Source of the DNA: Eimeria praecox
Taxonomy: Eukaryota
Direction of reading: 5' to 3'
Assembly: GCA_963920595.1 (NCBI GenBank)
Contig: OY986947.1
Span: 186,001 to 250,000, forward strand
Length of the DNA stretch: 64,000 bases
This document shows positions 1 to 11,236 of this stretch, in pieces. Numbering within the stretch: the stretch's first letter is position 1; each line of letters starts with the position of its first letter. The translations under genes were made by a program, and so were the position numbers. The notes below the pieces were generated by a model that was not told the DNA's origin, did no database searches, and saw only the letters and a program-made list of their open reading frames with translations.

Positions 1-1382
1 GCTCCATACCTCAGTTCCGCACCCTCCTCGCCTTGCTGGGCTTGCGTCGAACTACTGCCTATTCAACGGCTCCCTTTTCTTGACAACGTTGGCATTGACG
101 CCCAATGCGAGTCTCCATAGCTGGCGCGAATACACCAAAAATCGAACAGTCGTTAGCGCAGAGTGCTGACACACAACTAGGCCACTCGGGTTCACAAATG
201 CGCTCCACCGTGCATTCCGATGCACGACCAAATGCACTATGCAAACTAATGAGCGCGTGTGCAGGATGTCGAAGCTGGCACAATAAATGGAGACGCTCCG
301 AAACCCACACTCGTCGTTCCATCCGCAAGAAGGGCCTAACACACATTACGGCGTTATCAGCCTACGATTAGCCTACGATTATCGGGAGGCCCTTCCAACT
401 ACGTTGGCCTAGCCTCGCCACGTAGGCATAGCGCACCCACACACCGAATCTCATCAGGTGAACCGTTCACACTCAGAAGCTCAATCCAAATCAACAATTC
501 TGACTTCTCATTCGAACAAAGCCGCCACTCCCAACAGGTGCGCAGCTACACATGTTCTTCGGTACTTCAGTGCCGAAGTCCGCATCCGACAAAGATTCCC
601 CCACTGTATATCTGCTCACGCAACGTTTCCCTCAAGGATGCTGCAAACTGTTTCTGTTCAAGCGCACGTCAGGGGCGTCAGGCACCGTTTGCAGAAGTTA
701 CGTACCACCTGCATCACACTAGTAGCTGGCGAATTCAAGGGCTGCGAAAGGCTGTCTGACAATTGTGCTGCATTATTTGACCCAATGGCACAGGCCCGCC
801 GGATTAGCCAGCTAGCAGTCGAACATCAATGGATATTCCGCTCCTAACAGCGTGCACTCGTGGCCAGATGCCGAACCCCAAACACCGCAAGGCAGCGCTG
901 TTGGCCATTTCCTCACAAACCCGGCAGCAATAATAACGAAAAAGTGCATATCAGTTTCTCGAAATCACGGCGCAACAACCCGCCAAAAGACTATCAGCTT
1001 GCGCTCGTGTGCAGCTGCCCGCCAGAAAACCCCAACATAGCCAAATGCGCTTGTTCTGGTGACCGGCACGCTTATTTTACCAGGGACTGCCCTTTCTTCA
1101 CAGCAGCTGAGCTGCGTCTCCCCATTCTAGCCTCCGCCTCCGCCCTCGCCACCGACAACGACGCACAAGCTGCTTGGAGTCGGCAGACTACAAGCACGCA
1201 TAATTATAGCAAGACCTTCAACATGTGCCGGTGCCACACAGAATGAACCCTGCAAAATTTGCTGACGCTCTAACAGCAGCGCGCGTAGGGTTCCGTACTA
1301 ATTTGCTCAAACAGAACAAACCACGTTAACTGCGCAAAGCAAAGAAGCATGATTAGCTGTGGCCCTACAATGCCAAGGATAC

Positions 1383-2133
1383 CTGCAGTTGCAAGCATGC
1401 TCTCTGTTGAAGGCCCGCAAACATCCCACAATCCCACAGCCTTACGAGACCTAGTTCTGCAGAACATTGCAGAGCTTTCTCCACCAACGCAATCAGAATT
1501 TGGAAATGCTTCCGCAGTTCATTGTATATGAACTGGTAGGCTTCAAGCATCCAACTTGTTGAGCCATATGCTGCCGAAAATCCGAAGCCAAAATTCGACT
1601 TATCAGTGGCGACAAGGCCTTCGGCCCAGGCAGCCAAAAACAGCCATCTGCGTCGAAATGTGGCTTCAAACTCTTGTCTACACACGCGTGAAGTGGCAAG
1701 CACCTCCCAACAGCGCTTTAAGTCGGCGTGAGTGTGCTGTTGCGGACTGCTTTCAAACCATGGCGCTGCCTTCAAACAGGTGCCCAATCCAGGTAATTCA
1801 AGGGCTGCATCTCCACGCACTTGCTTAACACATGGGGCGCATTGTTTAGATATTCCGCAAGCTGGCCTGTTCCTCTTGGCCGTCCTTGAAAGACGCAAGC
1901 CTCACCTTGCGAGAACAGTGCTTTGCTAGGTGCTCGCCATCCAACGAAGTGGTGGCGATCGTAGCCCCATCTAGCAAGCATGACCATGCAAAGATGTTCC
2001 ACAAAATCGGCATCAACAGCAGCAAAGCACCACCGCCATAGAGGCCGCAACAGCCGAAGACGCCGCCGTACATCTAGCCTGCCTCTTTGCAGCTACACCA
2101 ACAGAAGCAAGTTAACAAGCAATCGTGCTTTTC
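1383..2133 (-). CDS. Predicted 3-micro-exon cassette encoding one WD40-like repeat (exons 2133-2079, 1970-1938, 1450-1383), copy 1
   Basis: Manual splicing: ATCAG|GAAAAG...GAGGCAG|GCTAG (55 nt), GCTAG|ATGGGG...TTGGATG|GCGAG (33 nt), ACTAG|GTCTCG...CTGCAG|GTATC (68 nt). Phases are 0-1, 1-1 and 1-0. The product EKHDCLLTCFCWCSCKEADGATIATTSLDGLVRLWDCGMFAGLQQRACLQLQ has the WD40 His, Ser/Thr, Asp and Trp-Asp positions. No transcript or HMM confirmation. Confidence 0.65.
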
Positions 2134-5100
2134 CTGATATGCAGCGGATGTCAGCCAGCACCTGCAAATGCACCTTCGCATGGCGCTGCTCATACCAAAA
2201 TGTCAAACAGTCAGCGTTTGCCTGTTCCATGGTAATGCATGACTCGCAGCAGCGCTTAGCAAAGCCAACTGATGCACTGCTTGTGCAAATGCAATTGCCT
2301 ACCAACATGGCGTTCTCCAGCCCTCGCTGATTAAGCACCCCGCGTTAAATTCGCTTCCCCTTATTGACCATCTATTGCGGACAAACCAGTTCAGCTAACA
2401 ACGAGACTCAGAACCGCAAACACTCCACATTAGTGGGCTCACGTGTGATATTTCCATGCCGGGAGACATGTTCAAATCATTGACGAATATCTTGTTCCAT
2501 GCAGCTTGCCGTATGCGCACCTCCTGCGTTGCGCCAAACAAAAAGCATCTATTAAACCGGATGCAATAAGCATGAGTACTACGCGAGGAGCTGAGGCGGT
2601 TTAAAGGGAATAAATCAACCCTAATCTCTAGATGCAAAATTGCCTCTTACTGCAGTGACCTAAACACCACAGTGCTTTGCCGCTCCAGCACCACATGATG
2701 CGAGCTAATTACTTCGGTGGTGCCAACATAGACTGACGTCGACCATCGTGTCTGTTTGCATCCCTCACAAATATTGAATGCACAGATGCAAAGATGAATG
2801 AGTTATACGAAACTACCCTCATCTTCAGGATGCGCGTAAACTAAGCAGAACGCGTTTCGAGCGAAACTGTCCGCAGAAAAACCGCGTAGCAGTTACGCTG
2901 CCTAATGAATGGCCATATGGACCTAGCCTGGTTCCCATCAGCAAATGGGGAACCTGGTGGCCAGCCATCGCTCAGCAGCCTGATCCCTAAAGCGTGTTCT
3001 ATGGAAAGATCAAGCACTGGGCACCTAGTACACACATCGCGAGCCCCTAGCAAAACAAAACCACTTGTCCTGCCGCACGGCGCCTTAAACGTACTACCGC
3101 AACCGCAAGCAAGCCTCCTCCTAACACAGTGTATTGCTCCACTCCGTGCTGCTCATTAAGCTCTGTCTGCATCAGAGCCAAAACGCATGGATTGTCATGC
3201 CACCGGCTACAACGCACCCGCTGTTAGGAGGACGTTTGCGCGTCATGCAAAAGGCACCCAAACGTTCTTTTTTCAGAAACACGCTTCAATGACCCCAAGC
3301 GTGACCTACTTCAAGCCCACGGCGACGTTGTCCACCAGAGCGAGAGCAGCGTTGCTTACCTGCATGCAAATAAGTAGCTTCTCTGCAAAGCGGAACTGCA
3401 CAGCAGTACCTCTGGGGACAAACGATGCATTGCACACCTCCAACGGTGGAGTCGATGGAAATGCTTGCGGCTGGACAGGATGCTCGCCAGACGTGTTTCA
3501 GCATAGCACCACCTAACTAGAGCCCAAATCCAGCTGGAAAGGATTGACGCACTTCCTGAGATCGTAAACAACGTGCAGCGCTCAGGGTGTGACTAGTGCC
3601 GTTTGGCGTTCCCCATGGTTGAATGCGCTTCTCTATGGGGCGATGCAGCTTCCACCCGGCTATCTAAATCCATGATGCAGTCCACTGAGACTAGTCCAAT
3701 TAACCTTCTCCTTTTACGGCAGTCGCCGTAAGCAGGCACAGCCCTGCCACATGCAGGCTCTACTGCAGACAAACAGACCATCCTTACTTTTGCATCGCCG
3801 TCTTTAATTCTGCACCTCCTGCTGGTGCAGGAACATTCTCCGACACCTAGAGAACAATCGACCGAAACGTGCTCGAAATAGCTCTGCGTCATCCTCGCTT
3901 TCGCTCTTCAGTTGCTGCTGCAACCTCCCGTTAGCCCGCGTTAAATAATGCCCAACACCGAAACACATGTTCACATCCACACTGCTTACCGACATCCGCC
4001 GCAAGTAGCATACAACCACTGCGCTTAACTGGGCGTCCAGATAGAGGCAGTCTTAGGCACCTCCAACCTTCAAAGTGTCGTCAACACAGCCAACCGCACG
4101 ACGAAGGCACTCTGGCCACAAACCTGCCATAGCATGGCTGTCCACCCACCTCCTGTATTTCAGAAAGTGCGACGACTGTTCAGGGCCTTGAGAAATTAAA
4201 CAGCTGCCCTTCATCACCTCTCAACATTGTATCTACATAGCAGCCTGCATCACGCGACTTGGTGAAAGATCTTCAAACGGCACTGGCACCCCAACCAGCT
4301 CCATACCTCAGTTCCGCACCCTCCTCGCCTTGCTGGGCTTGCGTCGAACTACTGCCTATTCAACGGCTCCCTTTTCTTGACAACGTTGGCATTGACGCCC
4401 AATGCGAGTCTCCATAGCTGGCGCGAATACACCAAAAATCGAACAGTCGTTAGCGCAGAGTGCTGACACACAACTAGGCCACTCGGGTTCACAAATGCGC
4501 TCCACCGTGCATTCCGATGCACGACCAAATGCACTATGCAAACTAATGAGCGCGTGTGCAGGATGTCGAAGCTGGCACAATAAATGGAGACGCTCCGAAA
4601 CCCACACTCGTCGTTCCATCCGCAAGAAGGGCCTAACACACATTACGGCGTTATCAGCCTACGATTAGCCTACGATTATCGGGAGGCCCTTCCAACTACG
4701 TTGGCCTAGCCTCGCCACGTAGGCATAGCGCACCCACACACCGAATCTCATCAGGTGAACCGTTCACACTCAGAAGCTCAATCCAAATCAACAATTCTGA
4801 CTTCTCATTCGAACAAAGCCGCCACTCCCAACAGGTGAGCAGCTACAGATGTTCTTCGGTACTTCAGTGCCGAAGTCCGCATCCGACAAAGATTCCCCCA
4901 CTGTATATCTGCTCACGCAACGTTTCCCTCAAGGATGCTGCAAACTGTTTCTGTTCAAGCGCACATCAGGGGCGTCAGGCACCGTTTGCAGAAGTTACGT
5001 ACCACCTGCATCACACTAGTAGCTGGCGAATTCAAGGGCTGCGAAAGGCTGTCTGACAATTGTGCTGCATTATTTGACCCAATGGCACAGGCCCGCCGGA

Positions 5101-5678
5101 TTAGCCAGCTAGCAGTCGAACATCAATGGATATTCCGCTCCTAACAGCGTGCACTCGTGGCCAGATGCCGAACCCCAAACACCGCAAGGCAGCGCTGTTG
5201 GCCATTTCCTCACAAACCCGGCAGCAATAATAACGAAAAAGTGCATATCAGTTTCTCGAAATCACGGCGCAACAACCCGCCAAAAGACTATCAGCTTGCG
5301 CTCGTGTGCAGCTGCCCGCCAGAAAACCCCAACATAGCCAAATGCGCTTGTTCTGGTGACCGGCACGCTTATTTTACCAGGGACTGCCCTTTCTTCACAG
5401 CAGCTGAGCTGCGTCTCCCATTCTAGCCTCCGCCTCCGCCCTCGCCACCGACAACGACGCACAAGCTGCTTGGAGTCGGCAGACTACAAGCACGCATAAT
5501 TATAGCAAGACCTTCAACATGTGCCGGTGCCACACAGAATGAACCCTGCAAAATTTGCTGACGCTCTAACAGCAGCGCGCGTAGGGTTCCGTACTAATTT
5601 GCTCAAACAGAACAAACCACGTTAACTGCGCAAAGCAAAGAAGCATGATTAGCTGTGGCCCTACAATGCCAAGGATAC

Positions 5679-6429
5679 CTGCAGTTGCAAGCATGCTCTC
5701 TGTTGAAGGCCCGCAAACATCCCACAATCCCACAGCCTTACGAGACCTAGTTCTGCAGAACATTGCAGAGCTTTCTCCACCAACGCAATCAGAATTTGGA
5801 AATGCTTCCGCAGTTCATTGTATATGAACTGGTAGGCTTCAAGCATCCAACTTGTTGAGCCATATGCTGCCGAAAATCCGAAGCCAAAATTCGACTTATC
5901 AGTGGCGACAAGGCCTTCGGCCCAGGCAGCCAAAAACAGCCATCTGCGTCGAAATGTGGCTTCAAACTCTTGTCTACACACGCGTGAAGTGGCAAGCACC
6001 TCCCAACAGCGCTTTAAGTCGGCGTGAGTGTGCTGTTGGGGACTGCTTTCAAACCATGGCGCTGCCTTCAAACAGGTGCCCAATCCAGGTAATTCAAGGG
6101 CTGCATCTCCACGCACTTTCTTAACACATGGGGCGCATTGCTTAGATATTCCGCAAGCTGGCCTGTTCCTCTTGGCTGTCCTTGAAAGGCGCAAGCCTCA
6201 CCTTGCGAGAACAGTGCTTTGCTGGGTGCTCGCCATCCAACGAAGTGGTGGCGATCGTAGCCCCATCTAGCAAGCATGACCATGCAAAGATGTTCCACAA
6301 AGTCGGCATCAACAGCAGCAAAGCACCACCGCCATAGAGGCCGCAACAGCCGAAGACGCCGCCGTACATCTAGCCTGCCTCTTTGCAGCTACACCAACAG
6401 AAGCAAGTTAACAAGCAATCGTGCTTTTC
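5679..6429 (-). CDS. WD40-like micro-exon cassette, copy 2
   Basis: Same three exons and splice dinucleotides as copy 1 (6429-6375, 6266-6234, 5746-5679). Confidence 0.6.
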
Positions 6430-8510
6430 CTGATATGCAGCGGATGTCAGCCGGCACCTGCAAATGCACCTTCGCATGGCGCTGCTCATACCAAAATGTC
6501 AAACAGTCAGCGTTTGTCTGTTCCATGGTAATGCATGACTCGCAGCAGCGCTTAGCAAAGCCAACTGATGCACTGCTTGTGCAAATGCAATTGCCTACCA
6601 ACATGGCGTTCTCCAGCCCTCGCTGATTAAGCACCCCGCGTTAAATTCGCTTCCCCTTATTGACCAACTATTGCGGACAAACCAGTTCAGTTCACAACGA
6701 GACTCATGCACCAACAGAACCGCAAAGACTCCGCATTAATGGGCTCACGTGTGATATTTCCATGCCGGGAGACATGTTCAAATCATTGACGAATATCTTG
6801 TTCCATGCAGCTTGCCGTATGCGCACCTCCTGCGTTGCGCCAAACAAAAAGCATCTATTAAACCGGATGCAATAAGCATGAGTACTACGCGAGGAGCTGA
6901 GGCGGTTTAAAGGGAATAAATCAACCCTAATCTCTAGATGCAAAATTGCCTCTTACTGCAGTGACCTAAACACCACAGTGCTTTGCCGCTCCAGCACCAC
7001 ATGATGCGAGCTAATTACTTCGGTGGTGCCAACATAGACTGACGTCGATCATCGTGTCTGTTTGCATCCCTCACAAATATTGAATGCACAGATGCAAAGA
7101 TGAATGAGTTATACGAAACTACCCTCATCTTCAGGATGCGCGTAAACTAAGCAGAACGCGTTTCGAGCGAAACTGTCCGCAGAAAAACCGCGTAGCAGTT
7201 ACGCTGCCTAATGAATGGCCATATGGACCTCGCCTGGTTCCCATCAGCAAATGGGGAACCTGGTGGCCAGCCATCGCTCAGCAGCCTGATCCCTAAAGCG
7301 TGTTCTATGGAAAGATCAAGCACTGGGCACCTAGTACACACATCGCGAGCCCCTAGCAAAACAAAACCACTTGTCCTGCCGCACGGCGCCTTAAACGTAC
7401 TACCGCAACCGCAAGCAAGCCTCCTCCTAACACAGTGTATTGCTCCACTCCGTGCTGCTCATTAAGCTCTGTCTGCATCAGAGCCAAAACGCATGGATTG
7501 TCATGCCACCGGCTACAACGCACCCGCTGTTAGGAGGACGTTTGCGCGTCATGCAAAAGGCACCCAAACGTTCTTTTTTCAGAAACACGCTTCAATGACC
7601 CCAAGCGTGACCTACTTCAAGCCCACGGCGACGTTGTCCACCAGAGCGAGAGCAGCGTTGCTTACCTGCATGCAAATAAGTAGCTTCTCTGCAAAGCGGA
7701 ACTGCACAGCAGTACCTCTGGGGACAAACGATGCATTGCACACCTCCAACGGTGGAGTCGATGGAAATGCTTGCGGCTGGACAGGATGCTCGCCAGACGT
7801 GTTTCAGCATAGCACCACCTAACTAGAGCCCAAATCCAGCTGGAAAGGATTGACGCACTTCCTGAGATCGTAAACAACGTGCAGCGCTCAGGGTGCGACT
7901 AGTGCCGTTTGGCGTTCCCCATGGTTGAATGCGCTTCTCTATGGGGCGATGCAGCTTCCACCCGGCTATCTAAATCCATGATGCAGTCCACTGAGACTAG
8001 TCCAATTAACCTTCTCCTTTTACGGCAGTCGCCGTAAGCAGGCACAGCCCTGCCACATGCAGGCGCTACTGCAGACAAACAGACCATCCTTACTTTTGCA
8101 TCGCCGTCTTTAATTCTGCACCTCCTGCTGGTGCAGGAACATTCTCCGACACCTAGAGAACAATCGACCGAAACGTGCTCGAAATAGCTCTGCGTCATCC
8201 TCGCTTTCGCTCTTCAGTTGCTGCTGCAACCTCCCGTTAGCCCGCGTTAAATAATGCCCAACACCGAAACACATGTTCACATCCACACTGCTTACCGACA
8301 TCCGCCGCAAGTAGCATACAACCACTGCGCTTAACTGGGCGTCCAGATAGAGGCAGTCTTAGGCACCTCCAACCTTCAAAGTGTCGTCAACACAGCCAAC
8401 CGCACGACGAAGGCACTCTGGCCACAAACCTGCCATAGCATGGCTGTCCACCCACCTCCTGTATTTCAGAAAGTGCGACGACTGTTCAGGGCCTTGAGAA
8501 ATTAAACAGC

Positions 8511-9508
8511 TGCCCTTCATCACCTCTCAACATTGTATCTACATAGCAGCCTGCATCACGCGACTTGGTGAAAGATCTTCAAACGGCACTGGCACCCCAA
8601 CCAGCTCCATACCTCAGTTCCGCACCCTCCTCGCCTTGCTGGGCTTGCGTCGAACTACTGCCTATTCAACGGCTCCCTTTTCTTGACAACGTTGGCATTG
8701 ACGCCCAATGCGAGTCTCCATAGCTGGCGCGAATACACCAAAAATCGAACAGTCGTTAGCGCAGAGTGCTGACACACAACTAGGCCACTCGGGTTCACAA
8801 ATGCGCTCCACCGTGCATTCCGATGCACGACCAAATGCACTATGCAAACTAATGAGCGCGTGTGCAGGATGTCGAAGCTGGCACAATAAATGGAGACGCT
8901 CCGAAACCCACACTCGTCGTTCCATCCGCAAGAAGGGCCTGACACACATTACGGCGTTACCAGCCTACGATTAGCCTACGATTATCGCGAGGCCCTTCCA
9001 ACTACGTTGCCCTTCAGCACCTTTCAACATTGTATCTACATAGCAGCCTGCATCGCGCGACTTGGTGAAAGATTTTCAAACGGCACTGGCACCCCAACCA
9101 GCTCCATAACCTCAGTTCCGCACCCTCCTCGCCTTGCTGGGCTTGCGTCGAACTGCTTCTGCCTATTCAACGGTTCCCTCTTTTTGACAACGTTGGCATT
9201 GACGCCCAATGCGAGTCTCCATAGCTGGCGCGAATACACCAAAAATCGAACAGTCGTTAGCGCAGAGTGCTGACACACAACTAGGCCACTCGGGTTCACA
9301 AATGCGCTCCACCGTGCATTCCGATGCACGACCAAATGCACTATGCAAACTAATGAGCGCGTGTGCAGGATGTCGAAGCTGGCACAATAAATGGAGACGC
9401 TCCGAAACCCACACTCGTCGTTCCATCCGCAAGAAGGGCCTGACACACATTACGGCGTTACCAGCCTACGATTAGCCTACGATTATCGCGAGGCCCTTCC
9501 AACTACGT
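8511..9508. repeat. Local ~500-bp direct tandem duplication inside array A
   Basis: The segment TGCCCTTCA...CCAACTACGT occurs at ~8511-9007 and again at ~9008-9508. Novel junction CCAACTACGTTG|CCCTTCAGC; ORF-track duplicates are offset by 501 bp (8708/9209). Confidence 0.95.
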
Positions 9509-10485
9509 TGGCCTAGCTTCGCCATGTAGGCACAGCGCACCCACACACCGAATCTCATCAGGTGAACCGTTCACACTCAGAAGCTCAATCCAAATCAACA
9601 GTTCTGACTTCTCATTCGAACAAAGCCGCCACTCCCAACAGGTGCGCAGCTACACATGTTCTTCAATACTTCAGTGCCGAAGTCCGCATCCGACAACGAA
9701 TCCCCCACTGTATATCTGCTCAAGCAACGTTTCCCTCAAGGATGCTGCAAACTGTTTCTGTGCAAGCGCACGTCAGGGGGATCAGCTCGCGTGTGTAGCA
9801 GGAACATACAATCTGCTTCACACTAGTAGCTGGCGAATTCAAGGGCTGCGAAAGGCTGTCTGACAATTGTGCTGCATTATTTGACCCAATGGCACAGGCC
9901 CGCCGGATTAGCCAGCTAGCAGTCGAACATCAATGGATATTCCGCTCCTAACAGCGTGCACTCGTGGCCAGCTGCCGAACCCCAAACACCGCAAGGCAGC
10001 GCTGTTGGCCATTTCCTCACAAACCCGGCAGCAATAATAACGAAAAAGTGCATATCAGTTTCTCGAAATCACGGCGCAACAACCCGCCAAAAGACTATCA
10101 GCTTGCGCTCGTGTGCAGCTGCCCGCCAGAAAACCCCAACATAGCCAAATGCGCTTGTTCTGGTGACCGGCACGCTTATTTTACCAGGGACTGCCCTTTC
10201 TTCACAGCAGCTGAGCTGCGTCTCCCCATTCTAGCCTCCGCCTCCGCCCTCGCCACCGACAACGACGCACAAGCTGCTTGGAGTTGGCAGACTACAAACA
10301 GCATAATTATAGCAAGACCTTCAACATGTGCCGGTGCAACACAGAATGAACCCTGCAAAATTTGCTGACGCTCTAACAGCAGCGCGCGTAGGGTTCCGTA
10401 CTAATTTGCTCAAACAGAACAAACCACGTTAACTGCGCAAAGCAAAGAAGCATGATTAGCTGTGGCCATACAATGCCAAGGATAC

Positions 10486-11236
10486 CTGCAGTTGCAAGCA
10501 TGCTCTCTGTTGAAGGCCCGCAAACATCCCACAATCCCACAGCCTTACGAGACCTAGTTCTGCAGAACATTGCAGAGCTTTCTCCACCAACGCAATCAGA
10601 ATTTGGAAATGCTTCCGCAGTTCATTGTATATGAACTGGTAGGCTTCAAGCATCCAACTTGTTGAGCCATATGCTGCCGAAAATCCGATGCCAAAATTCG
10701 ACTTATCAGTGGAGACAAGGCCTTCGGCCCAGGCAGCCAAAAACAGCCATCTGCGTCGAAATGTGGCTTCAAACTCTTGTCTACACACGCGTGAAGTGGC
10801 AAGCACCTCCCAACAGCGCTTTAAGCCGGCGTGAGTGTGCTGTTGGGGACTGCTTTCAAACCATGGCGCTGCCTTCAAACAGGTGCTTAATCCAGGTAAT
10901 TCAAGGGCTGCATCTCCACGCACTTTCTTAACACATGGGGCGCATTGCTTAGATATTCCGCAAGCTGACCTGTTCCTCTTGGCTGTCCTTGAAAGGCGCA
11001 AGCCTCACCTTGCGAGAACAGTGCTTTGCTGGGTGCTCGCCATCCAACGAAGTGGTGGCGATCGTAGCCCCATCTAGCAAGCATGACCATGCAAAGATGT
11101 TCCACAAAGTCGGCATCAACAGCAGCAAAGCACCACCGCCATAGAGGCCGCAACAGCCGAAGACGCCGCCGTACATCTAGCCTGCCTCTTTGCAGCTACA
11201 CCAACAGAAGCAAGTTAACAAGCAATCGTGCTTTTC
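10486..11236 (-). CDS. WD40-like micro-exon cassette, copy 3
   Basis: Exons 11236-11182, 11073-11041 and 10553-10486, with splice sites as in copy 1. Confidence 0.6.

Noticed and set aside
359..380. AGCCTACGATT direct repeat, CRISPR-like or regulatory
   Set aside because: Just two adjacent 11-bp copies without spacers; a simple slippage duplication.
3175..3183. TTTTGGCTC on the minus strand, resembling part of the dinoflagellate spliced leader
   Set aside because: It is only a 9-nt match, the flanks disagree with CCGTAGCCATTTTGGCTCAAG, and it is altered in later units.
2930..3640. Short inverted repeats (GGTTCCCAT...ATGGGGAACC near 2930-2954; CCCCAT...ATGGGG near 3610-3640) as terminators or ncRNA
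   Set aside because: Stems are short and imperfect with no U-tract, the context is eukaryotic, and such matches are expected by chance.
3816..3846. RRMFLHQ peptide resembling the RluA/RluD pseudouridine synthase C-terminal motif
   Set aside because: Too short, and no HRLD catalytic motif or other support was found nearby.
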